A stretch of DNA of 64,000 nt from Candidatus Aenigmatarchaeota archaeon (GTDB lineage Archaea > EX4484-52): NCBI GenBank assembly GCA_023137195.1, contig JAGLPV010000001.1, positions 106,242 to 170,241 on the forward strand, given 5' to 3'. Position 1 is the first letter of the stretch; each line of letters starts with the position of its first letter. The notes beneath the pieces are model-generated. The model did no database searches and had not been told where the DNA came from. It saw only the letters and a program-made list of their open reading frames with translations. Of the stretch, positions 7,801 through 19,800 are shown in pieces. A program made the translations under genes and the position numbers.

Positions 7801-10800
7801 TAGTAGGTGTAGTTTCCCTTGGACTGGTTGGTTAGGGTTGTGTTGTACAGGGTTGTGCCCTGCATTGGTGTTGATGTCCAGTTGGTTGTGTTGTATGTGT
7901 CGTTTCTTTGGTAGTATAGTAAGACTGTGTGGATTGCTAAGTTGTCTGTTATGTTTGTGTGGATTGTTATGTTCATGTTTGGGTCTATGCCTGCTATAGT
8001 TAGCGGGGTGGTGGTTATTGAGTTTATTGTCGGTTTTCTGGTGTCGTTGGAGGTTATGTTTATTATTGCCTGGTTGGCGTTATGTAGCCAGTCGTAGGCT
8101 GTCAGGTTGAAGAGTATTAGTCCGGCGGGGAGGTTGGTGTAGTTGAATTGTGTGGTGTTGCCTGTGAAGGTTATGTTTGTTGTTTGGGTTTGTAGTACTG
8201 AGAATGTTGTGTTTAGGGTTGCGTTTGATAAGCCGTTGATTGACCAGTTTAGGGAATTATCTGTCCATTGTAATGTGCAGGAGATGTTGTCTGCCTGTGA
8301 TGCGGATATGGTTGAGTTTGTTGCATTTAGTATTATGGTTGTATTGGATGTGTTGTTGTGAGTGATGTTGCAGGTTGCGTTTATTAGTTGAGGCGGGGTT
8401 GAGTCTGTTGTCAGTGTTCTTGTTGTTGATGTGTTTGTGTCGTAGGTGTCTGTCACTGAGACATTCCAGTGGTGGATTCCGTCGGGGAGTAGGAGTGAGT
8501 GGGTTGTGTTTGTTGTTAGAGTGGTGTTGTGGATTGTTAGGTTGAATGTCTTGTTGTCGTTGTCGGGGTCGCTGCTGGTCCAGGAGAATTGTATTGTTTC
8601 GTTTGAGGAGTTTGTGTTGTTTGGTGGAGAGGTTAATGTTATTGTCGGGATTTGGTTTGGGACTGTTGTTTGTATTGTTGTGTTTGTGCAGTTGGAGCCT
8701 CCCGAGATGTTGCCGTCGCAGATGTTAATAGTTATGTTTATGTTCTGGTTCGGGGTCAGCCAGCCCCCGCTGATGTTGGCTGAGCAATAGGCTTGGGTGT
8801 TTGTTCCGTATGGGATGTTTAAGGTTCCTGTTAGGTTTGACTGGTTGAGTTGGTTGCTGTAGTGGACTGTGCAGTTTATTAGGTCTGTGTCTGTGTCGTG
8901 GTCTGTGGCTATGGTTGAGGTCATTATTCTATGTTCTGGGTTGTTTTGGATTTGCGGTGTGGTTAGAGATGGAGGGTAGTTGATGATTGTTGTGTTTTGC
9001 GTGCAGACCTGATCGGAGACCAGGTTGTACTGGTCTTTTATGTTTAGGCAGAAACTCCAGTTCTGGGCTTTTGTTGTGTACTGGTATTCTAAAGAGGCGT
9101 TGGTTAGGTTTGTTTGGGAGAGGATTCTGGTGTCGTTTAGGATGTCGTTTAAGTACCATTTTATTGTTGAGGAGATTATGTCGTCTCCTTCGGGTTCGTT
9201 GTAATTCCACAGGGCGGTTAGGTCCAGTGCTGTTGTTGTTGAGGGTAAGGTGGTGTTTGTTATGTTTGGTTTTTCATTTGGTATGGTTGGGTAAATAGTT
9301 CCGGTGTTGGTTGTTGCACCCATGTTGTCTTCGAAGACAAAATATATTGATACAGAACTGCCTACGGAGTAGTGGGATGTGTTGATTTCTTTTGAGCAGT
9401 TTACTGTTTGGTTGGATTGTGTTAATAGTTCTGTGGTGTTGCTGCCGTAGTGGATTTGGCAGCTGGTTATCTGGCCGTCAGGGTCTGTTGCGTTGGCGCT
9501 TGCTGTGAAGGCGTGTCTGTTTGGAGTGTTTTGGTATAGTGGTCCGTTTGTTGTTGGGTTTTGGTTGCCGCTTACGAAAGAGCCGCTTGAGGTTGTGGTT
9601 TGGTAGGGGTCTGCTGTTGTTAAAGTCCAGTCGTAGGAGGTGTTGGCATATACTGTGAAGTTTACTTTCCACGCGGTTGATTTTGTTGCGTTCTGGTTGG
9701 TCATTATGTCGATTTGCTGGGTGTAGGTTAGGGTTGTGTTTAGGATTGTTGTGTTTGCTGCTGTGGTATAGGTTATGTTTGTTGTGTTGGTTAGGTAGGA
9801 CTGGGGGGTGGGTATGGTTGTAGGGATGGTTTGGTTTGTGAATTGTAAGGTAGTTAGGGGGTTGTTGTTTATTTTTACTGTTGTTGATTGGTTTGAGTAG
9901 TAGAGGATTTTGGTATTGTTTAAGGTTATTGTGCCGTTTTCTAATGTGCAGGTTATGTTGTTGGTGGATTGTAAAGGGTGTGTGTAGTTGTAGGTTGTGT
10001 TCTGGGGGGTTGGGATTAGGTCTATCTGGTTGTTGTTTAGGTATATTCTTAGGTTTGTTGCGTTTACTGCATTTGCGAAGGTTATGTTTATTGTTGCGTT
10101 GTTTAGCGGGTTCGGGGTGGTTAGTTGATGGGTTGCGTTTGTTGTGTTGGTTATGGTGTGTTGGGTTGAGTTTATTGTCTGTGTTTTTTGGTTTAGGTAG
10201 TAGATTGTTAGGTTTGCCTGTCCTGTGGATTTTGGGTATAATGTTTGTAGTTCGTGTGTTTTGGTGGTGTTGTCTGTGTTTATAGTTGTTGTGTTTTGGG
10301 TTGTTTTTGTTCCGTTTTCTATGTATACTGTGAAATTTGCGTATATTATGTTGTCGTTTTCGTTGTCTGTTATGTTGGCAGTTAGGTTTATGTTGTCTGT
10401 TGGGGTTGCGGGTTCTGTGCTGACTTCAACTATGGTTGGGTTTGAGTTCATCCTGAACCATAGGTTTGATTCATTGAAGGCGGAGCATATCCACGGGTCG
10501 CAGGCTTTTAGCTGGAAGGTGTAGTTTTTGCCGTCTTCTAAGGCCACGCGGTGGCCTAAGGTCATTTGTCCTTCGTTGTTGAAGTTGGTTGTTGTTATGT
10601 TGTTGTCGTATTGGTATGATGCGCCCTCTTCTTTTACCCATGCTTCTATTCTTAGGGTGTCGTTCTCGTCGTCTGATGGGTTGGTCCAGTTTATTTTTGG
10701 ATTTGGAGTGATTACATGTAGTGTGTCGTTGAAAGCGTCGTTTATTATTAGGTTTAGGTTGGATGGTGTGGATGGTATCTTGTTTGGGATTTGCTGGCTT

Positions 10801-13800
10801 ATCTGAGAGGAGTTGGATTTGTCGAAAGTGTCGTCTGCTTCGACTATAATGTCTATCCAGTCTCCGACGTTGAAGTTTGAGCAGGTTGTTGTGTTGACTT
10901 CTAAGCTGGATGTGCCGGAGCTTATTATTGAGGAGGGGATCATATTTACAGAGCATGATGAGCCGCTTGTTGTGTCGGTTAGGTATGCTTTGCAACTGAA
11001 TGTGTCTGAGTCAGGGTCGTTTGCAGAGGCGGTGAGGTTGAAGGCATGTTTGTTGTTGATTGTGTTAGCTCCAGTGCTGCTGAATGTTACTGCGTGGTTT
11101 GGAAGGGTGTTGTTTATGTGGGTTGTGATGTTGGTTGTGTCGGAGGTGTCTTTGAATTCTATGTATGTTTCTATGTTGTTTTTGATGTCGTTGTCGAGGT
11201 ATCCTGTTGAATCTGAGATTGTGCTTGTGCAGTTGCAGGAACTGCTGTCACAGGCTAAGGTTCCTGTGAAATAATGCCATCCTGCGCTTGGGTCTGTAGG
11301 GTTGTAATAGTAAATTCTGCATGAAGAAATATCAGATGCTCCGTCAGGGTCAGTGGCATTGCCGATAAGAGTAAAGCAATGTCCGTTGGAACAGTTTGTG
11401 ACTGTAAAGGAATAGATTGCAGGGGCATAATTTGGCAGGTAATATTCCTGTGTATTTGAACTTCTTTCTTTGGTGTAAGTATCTGTAAAGGAAATACTGA
11501 AATTTGCTGTTGTTCCTAAAATTATGTCAGATTCATTAATCAATAAAGTGCATTTTGTGGGAGTAGATGTATTGTTCAGAATTCCGTATTTATTACTCCA
11601 CTGGCAGTCGGAACAGTGGACATAGCAGTTCGTAAATTTGCCCGAACCGCCCGTGTGGGTTGCATTTGCAGAGATGTTGAACTTGTGTCCTGTGATGTCT
11701 TCAAAGTTCAAATCTGTAATGAGGATAGTGTTTGTATGGACTGTTCTTTCTGTATCTGAGCTCCAGTTCATGGTGTCATTTGCCCATAAATTGAATTTGT
11801 GGGTGTGGTTTGAAACAGAGAGGTTGTTGTAGTATCCCCAACTTGATGAAGTGTATTTTTTTAGTTCGGATTGGTAATGCATTTTTATTTCGTCTGCTGT
11901 TAGGGAATGATTGTAGATTTTTACTTCGTCTATTGTTCCGTTGAAATTTTTAATATTTGTACTCCATCTGCCGAGGTATAGTGTTCCATCATTTTCGTTT
12001 ATTGTTCCTGTTGTGTCTTCACAGATTACTTCATCACTATTTTTGTATGCACATTTACTGGAGCCGTTGTAAGTAAATGCCAGATGAATCCATTCATCTA
12101 TTGATAAAACATTATTGACATTAAGGGTATCATCTGAAAGACCGTAAGTTCTCCAGAAAATATGACCTGTCGTACTCCATCCATATTCTATATAATAACT
12201 GCCCACCTTATTTAAGATTAATTTAGAATCTCCCGATAAATCTAAATTATTTGGTTTGATCCACAACAAAATAGTTTGTTCCTGTAAATCCAGACTATCC
12301 TCTGTCCCACAATCAACATAATCATCCACTCCATCAAATTTCAGACCAGTGCCGAACTTTCCATCAATATATTTTGCCCTGATTCTGCTTATGCTCCCTA
12401 ATACATCGGTCAAATTGTAAGTTTGAGTTGTTGTAATTCCTCCTGCCTGAGGAGTTCCTGCATTGGCGTTGTTGTAATAGATGTAATAGTTTGAGTCTGA
12501 ATTTCCGCTGTTAATCTGGGCTTCTGCGTTGAACCATACAATAGTTTCTGAAGAGTTGAAAGAAGTTGTATTTGTTCTGTTAATTTCACTTACTCCGTGG
12601 ACAATTCTTAAATCAGTTCCGTTTGTTAATAGTTTTCCGGCAGAGACTAAAGAGGCGGTGTTTATTGTTATGTTTATTGGCTCGCCTATTGATAGGGCTG
12701 ATGCATTGTTGTTTGTTATGGTGAGTTTCTTCCTGTATTTGTAGTCTTCATTCCACCAGTTAGAGCCGGTTACGATTGTTCCGTCATTTGCGTATTTGGA
12801 GATGTCTACCGCCTTTGTGCTGTTTTCTCCTATTGCTGAATTGTTGTTGAAGTTTAATGCCAGGACCAAAGAATTGTCGTGTAGAGTTGAATTTATCCAT
12901 GTTGTCCCATTGTGCCAGTTGAATTTTAATGTGTCTAAATGGTACTCGTCTATCGTTAGATTTAGTTCTGTGTAGTTTTGCGTTCGGTATGTGTTGTTAG
13001 CTGGGGTTGGGTCTTTCCATGAATAAGATGGTGGTGTTGCATCTATTGTCAGGGTTCTTGTTTGGGTTTGGTTTATATTTCCTGCCTTATCCTGGGCATA
13101 AGCAGTGTAAGTATATTCTCCGTCGGATAAACCTGTGAAGTTGTGGTATAGTCTGTGTAGTCCTGCGTCGTATGTGGCGTTTATTTCTTCTATCGAGATG
13201 GCACGGTTGTAGAGTTTTACATCATCGATTGTGCCGTTGAAAGCACCGTAAACATCAAATCCCTGTGATGCACTTATATCTGCGGGAGCGCCACTTGTAG
13301 AAGCTCTTAATATACCATCAACATACAATCTCTGATATGTCATTGTCTTGACATAAGTTATATGATGGAATTGATTTACGTTTAGAGAACCTGTGCACCA
13401 TGCATGGTTACCCGAACTTGCTGAACGGAACCGGATTCCATTATTACAATATCTATCTCTATAACATGCACGCATATGTCCGCTGGAATAGGAATTAAAT
13501 ACCAACACACATGAAACAATATCGCCTGATGCAGGGTATTGTGGTATTGCTTCATGTTTCTTGTACCAAAAGGAATAGGTGAAATCATTCGAAAGGTCAA
13601 GGAAATTAGCTGTATTCATTGAATCATCTGTCCCGTCAAATGCAAGAGCATTTCCGAATTTACTATTTGAAGTCAAACCAGAACAATCACCAGTGCAGTT
13701 GTCTATTCCTGTATTCATATTTGCTGTCGTAGCGTTGTTTCCATGACTTGAAAAGTCCTGTACTATTGTACCTAAATCTTCGTCCATTCTCAACCAGGCA

Positions 13801-16800
13801 ACCAAAGAATTGTTCCAGTCAATTAAAGTTGTTGTGTCGCTTGAATCAGTTATTGTTGTATTTACATAACTATAATCCCTGGTAACTATAGCCTCGTTAC
13901 TATCTGTCTGATTAACGAACTCTATATGAGGAGGAGTTGTGTCTATGTTAATAGTTCTTGTTGCTGAATTGATATTGCTTGCTGAATCCTGGGTGTATGT
14001 GGTGTATGTGTATGTTCCGTCGTTTAGGTTTGTGAAGTTGCGGTATAATCTGTGGAGTCCTGCGTTGTAGGAGGCGTTTATTTCTTCTGGTGATAAAATC
14101 CGGTTCCATATTTTTATTTCATCAATTGTACCATTGAAATAATATACCCATTTACCGACTTCTAAATCAGCACTTATATGATTATGTGTTATATTCGAGT
14201 ACCATTGATTGTTACAAGCATCATCCTCTCCATCAATATAAAGACATAATCTCTCATTTGGTTTGTCAACAACACCAACAACATGGTGCCATTCACCAAA
14301 ACTTATTAATCTTGACCTGTATGAATATCCAAAAGTACTATTGTCCGCGACGGTTAAATGAATATCATTTGCGGACCAACCTCTTGTAACAAGACCATAT
14401 TGCGTTGAACCCCAACTACCTCCTGTTCTTGCTACAATTCCCGAACTTTCAACATTACTTTCCCTGTAAATCCATGCTTCTATTGTAAGTTCATTTACTA
14501 TGTCTAAATTATCGCCCATGTTGACATAATCATTGTTTCCGTCAAACATTAGTCCTTTTCCGAATCTTGATGAAGATGTCCAGCCGGAACTTCCGTTGTT
14601 AATTCCAGAACTCATGTTTGTTAAAGTTCCGTTGTTGTTATATGTAGAACTGTCTTCAGTAGTTAGTCCGGTTCCTTCATTAAATCTCCACCAGCCGACC
14701 AATGAATTATTCCAGTCGATAAAGGCAGTGATATTATTTGTGTCTGTTGTTGTTGTGTTAATATAAGTATAATTCCTGCTAACATAAGCATTGTCTGTGT
14801 CTGTTGGATTAACGTATGTGATAGTAGGATTTATTGTATCTATAGTTACTGTTCTGGTGGCTGAAATAATATTCCCTACTGAATCCTGCGAATATGTAGT
14901 GTAAGTATAAGTTCCTTCTAATAAATTTGTAAAGTTGTGATAGAGTCGGTATAATCCTGTGTTGTAGGATGCATTGATTTCTTCCGGACCCAATACGCGA
15001 TTGTGTATTTTTACTTCATCTATTGTCCCGTTGAAAAAAGAAGTAATTCCGCTTACATCGTGATATCCGGCACCCATTATTATTTTACCATTGGTGGCTT
15101 GAGGATTTGGCTGATTGTCGTCCTGGACAACCAAACTCCCATTCAAATAAAACATTACGGTTTCACCATTTCTTATTATAGTAATATAGTACCATTCATC
15201 TGTGTTAATGCCTCTGCTACCAACAAGCCCCTCGTTGCTACAACCGGATTCGGATACAGAAACGGATGCACCGTCAGTATATATTCTGGGGTTATAGAAA
15301 CAATCTCCGGCATTGCCTCTGCGAAAAACTTCATCACTGCCGGTTGTGTTATCTACTTTAAACCAGAAGGAAATTGTATATATTGTATCTTCAGAACTAA
15401 CAGAACTACAATCAACATAATCATTTGCTCCGTCAAATATGATTGCGTTGCTAAACTTGCCTACTGTTGTCCTGCCGCTTGTGCCGTTGTCTATTCCTGT
15501 ATTCATATCAGTCATCGTCCCGTTGTTGCCATTGCCTGAAAAGTCTTCTACATTAGTGCCATTATTTTCATTCATTCTCCACCATGCAACCAATGAGTTG
15601 TTCCAGTCTATGAAGGATGTTATATTGTTTGTATCTGTTATTGTTGCATTAATGTATGTGTAATTTCTGCTGATGTAAATATTGTCTGCATCGGTTGGGG
15701 CAGTATATTCTATTGACGGGTTTGTTGTATCTATTGTTATTGTTCTTGTCTGGGTCTGGTTTATATTTCCTGCCATGTCCTGTGTGTATGCTGTGTATGT
15801 GTAGATGCCATCGTTTAGATTTGTGAAATTATGGTATAGTCTGTATGACCCTGTGTTGAAATCTGCTCTTACATCTACTGAGTTCAAAGCCATTTTCCAT
15901 ATCTTGATTTCATCTATTGTGCCGTTGAAATAATCCATTGATGCGCTCCACCCGAGAATGAAACTGTCGTATGTCAGGTTTTCTTTTGGAGTTATCCACT
16001 GCCAGCCGGCTTCATTTCCATTTACATAAAAATACATCTTTGTTGTGTTGTATACTGCCGCGAGATGAACAAATTCATCACTTGTCTGCGGTTTTGTTAT
16101 AATCCTGTCTATTGATGGAGTTATATATCTCAAGTGGTATTCGGAGTTTCTCAGGGCAAGATATGTATAAACCGGGCTGGTTGCTTCGCGGCTGGAATAT
16201 ATTGATTTTTGTTCACTAAATACATCTGATGTCCATAAAGGGTGTTTTATCCACAGAGATACTGTGTATCCTGTGGTCACAAAATTTGTAAATATATCTG
16301 ACCTGTTGAGTTTATCATTCCCGTCAAAACTTCTGGCTCCACCGAACTTTCCTGCGTTGGTGTATGTTGAACCGCTGTTGTCCGGGTTGTTGCTATATGT
16401 AGAATGGTCGGATAAATCAGAGCTGTTGTCGAACCGCCACCAGATGATTAAGGAATTGTTCCAGTCTATGAATGAGGATATATTATTTGTGTCTGTTGTT
16501 GTTGCGTTTATGTATGTGTAGTCTCTGCTTACGTAAGCGTTGTTTGTGTCGGTTGGATTGATGTAGGAGATAGTTGGATTTATTGTGTCTATTGTTATTG
16601 TTCTTGTTTGGGTTTGGTTTATGTTTCCGGCTGAGTCCTGGGCGTAAGTGGTGTATGTGTGGGTTCCGTCGTTTAGGTCTGTGAAGTTGTGGTAAAGGCG
16701 GTTGAGTCCTGCGTTGTAGGAGGCGTTGATTTCTTCCTCAGATAATGCCCTGTTGTAGATACGGACTTCGTCTATTGTACCATTCCACAGTCTATAATCA

Positions 16801-19800
16801 GATAAATAATATATTCCTCTCCCGATACGCATTGCTTCGCCCACATGATTATACATTGATGTTGTAGCTATAACAACATCGCCCTTATTACCATCAACAT
16901 ACACTATAATATGTGTTCCGTTCCACACACCAACTAAGTGATACCAAGTGTTTAATGATGGAGAGAGTTGAGTATATTTTGCTATACGCCAATTGCTATC
17001 TCCATCTTTTGTTTGTAGTTTAAACCAATCATTACCTACATCATATCTTAATTCAATGCTTCTGCCTCCATCTGCTTTACAAACAACACACTGGTCATCA
17101 CCTTTACTTATCATATATGCCCATGCTTCTATTGTAAAACTATTAAATGTGCTTAATTCTAAGTTGTCTATTGGCAAACCAACATAATCATTCACGCCGT
17201 CAAACTGCAAGGCGTTGCCGTATTTTCCGGATGATGTCCGACCGCTTGTTCCATTATTTATGCCGGTATTCATGCCTGCTAATGTGCCAATATTGCTATG
17301 TCCTGAAAAGTCTTCTGCTGTTGTGTCGCTTTCTTCATTCATTCTCCACCAGCCGACTAAGGAGTTGTTCCAGTCTATGAAAGCAGTTATGTTGTTTGTG
17401 TCGCTTGTTGTTGTGTTTATATAAGTATAATTCCTGCTGACGTAAACATTGTCTGTATCTGTCGGGTCGACGTATTTTATTGATGGATTTGTTGTGTCGA
17501 TTGTCAGTGTTCTTGTTGTTGAGTTTATATTTCCTGCTGAGTCTTGTGCGTATGCTGTGTAAGAATAAGTTCCATCTGTAAGAGAGGTGAAGTTGTGGTA
17601 GAGTCTGTATAAACCTGCATTGTAGGATGCGTTGATTTCTTCAGGGCTTAGGGCGCGGTTGTAGATTCGGAATTCATCTATTGAGCCATTGAATGGGACT
17701 GCTGATGTTGGTCTTGCACCAATATCCCAATTTAAAGAATAATTTATTAGACTCCAATCTCCCGTTGTTCCGCTTCCATTGACATAAGTATCATCATATA
17801 TAAAATAGACATCTGGATTCCTTAAAACCACACCTACAAAATGCCATTCATTTGCTGGTATGTTCGCTGCATAACTAGACATCATGCCTCCTTTCAGCCA
17901 TAAATCATTTGTATTCTCTACTTGGAATTCGATACCTCTGGAAGGCGTCGATATAAAGTTAGATATGATAGATCCCTCTGACGATGTTTTGAACGTTTCA
18001 GGTGTTTTTATCCAAGCCGTAATTGTTAGATTTGAACCATAAAAATTGGCTGTATTTAATGGTAAGTTCATATAATCATTATCGCCGTCAAACTCTAAAG
18101 CCGAGCCGAATTTACCTGATTCGTAAACAGGGCAATTGGTGCAGGTTCCGTTGTTGCCGTAACTGCTGTAATCTTTGAAGAATGTTGTATTTTCTCCGGG
18201 TTCCTGGTTGAATCTCCACCAGCCTACTAAGGAATTGTTCCAGTCCATGAAGGCAGTTATGTTGTTTGTGTCTGAGGTTGTTGTGTTTATGTAAGCGTAG
18301 TTGTCTGAAATGTATTTGTTGTTGCTTGGAGTAGGTGAGGTAAAACTTAGTTGCGGTGGTGTGGTGTCGAGAGTGCCGTTGCTTACGAATATGTCCCAAT
18401 TTTGGCTTGCTGTTGGTCCGCCTTCCTGATTTGGCAGACTGTCGAAATAGTCTTTTTTTAGGTTGTATTGGTTTGATATTTCTGTTGCATTTAATGCCCT
18501 GTTCCAGATTTTTACCTCGTCGATTGTGCCGTTGAAATATCTATTATCTGATGAATACCATCTTCCAATTCTAACTATATCAACTAAATTAACTAATGAA
18601 CCCGTCGCACTTTGCGATTTCTCCAAAATACCATTTACATAAAGAATATGTTTCGAGCCGTTATAAGTTGTTACTAAATGATACCACTCCTTAACTAAAG
18701 GCGTTGTTGGATTGTTGTCCATTTTATTTGCTTGAGATGTATTTCTTACAGAACATGCAAAACAATCATTTCCAATATCATACCATAACATAAACTTTCC
18801 GCTACTACCCGAATCGGTAATTACCACCATATCTTGACTTTTTTTATCTAAATTTACCCATGCACTGAACGTAATATCCTCTGTTACATCCAAACTCGCA
18901 TCATTCCCACAATCAACATAATCATCAACACCGTCAAAGTCCAGAGCATTCCCAAACTTGCTCGAAATTGTCCAGTCTGGCGGGTAGCCGTACAAAGTTC
19001 CTGTATTGCCCTTACCACTGCTGTCTGTTGCTAGGTCTGATGTTCCTCTTTCATCAAATTTCGTGTGCAAGACCAGTCCTTCACTGCTTATATTGGTTTC
19101 GAGTCCTGCCAAGCCGCGTTGGTAGTCCCAAGATATTTCGGTTGCGTTTAGGGTTCGGTTGTAAAGCATAATGTCATCAGCCATTCCTTTTGTGTATCTA
19201 TTATAATGATTCATTATAACAATCGGGTCAGTATTAACGCCATTATTAGTATCATTTATGCTTATTGCTGTTGCATCAGAAGAACCATCTGTATATAGAT
19301 ATAATTTATCCTCTGTCGCATTTTTAACAACAGCTATATGATGCCAGGTATCATCACAAACTACAGAAGTAGATTCTATGCTGTTGGATACTGTTGAATT
19401 ATAAGAAAGACCAAATGAATGATGTCCATTATCTCTAACATTCCAAAGGTAAGAAGGGTATAATATGCTTGTATCGTGATAACCTTTTGTAATCAATCCA
19501 TCGTTTGTATTAGTATCTGGTATTTTAATCCACATCATGAAAGTAAACGAAATACCTGTAGGAAATTCCAAATTACTATTATCTATTATACTAACATAAT
19601 CATTCGTTCCGTCAAAGTTCAAAGCACCGCCAATCTGTCCGGTAGTCCATTTGGTTTGTCCGCCTGTAGATGGGTTTAAAGTTCCGTCATTGTTATTCAA
19701 AGAATAGTTTGCACGGTCTTTTGCTGTTGCGCCTTGATTTTCGTTGAAATTTAAGCATAATACCTGTCCTGTGATGTTGCCGGATTCACAGGTGTCAACC

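Noticed and set aside
7688-10995. Many 60-175-aa ORFs in the track that lie antisense to, or in alternative frames of, the giant gene (for example 7688-7999, 8446-8790, 8987-9298, 9881-10285 and 10225-10524 on the plus strand; 10471-10995 and 8929-9210 on the minus strand)
   Set aside because: Their translations are low-complexity Cys/Leu/Arg/Gly or Arg/Gln/His strings. They exist only because the skewed composition of the real frame removes stop codons from the other frames. They lie entirely inside a 17-kb ORF with clear domain content.
14533-17424. Four plus-strand ORFs sharing ...ELFQSMK..ILFVSVVV.. (14533-14766, 15439-15663, 16264-16521, 17215-17424) that look like a conserved small-protein family
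   Set aside because: They are the antisense image of the conserved IDWNNSLVGWWR block of each tandem unit. The conservation is inherited from the sense strand.
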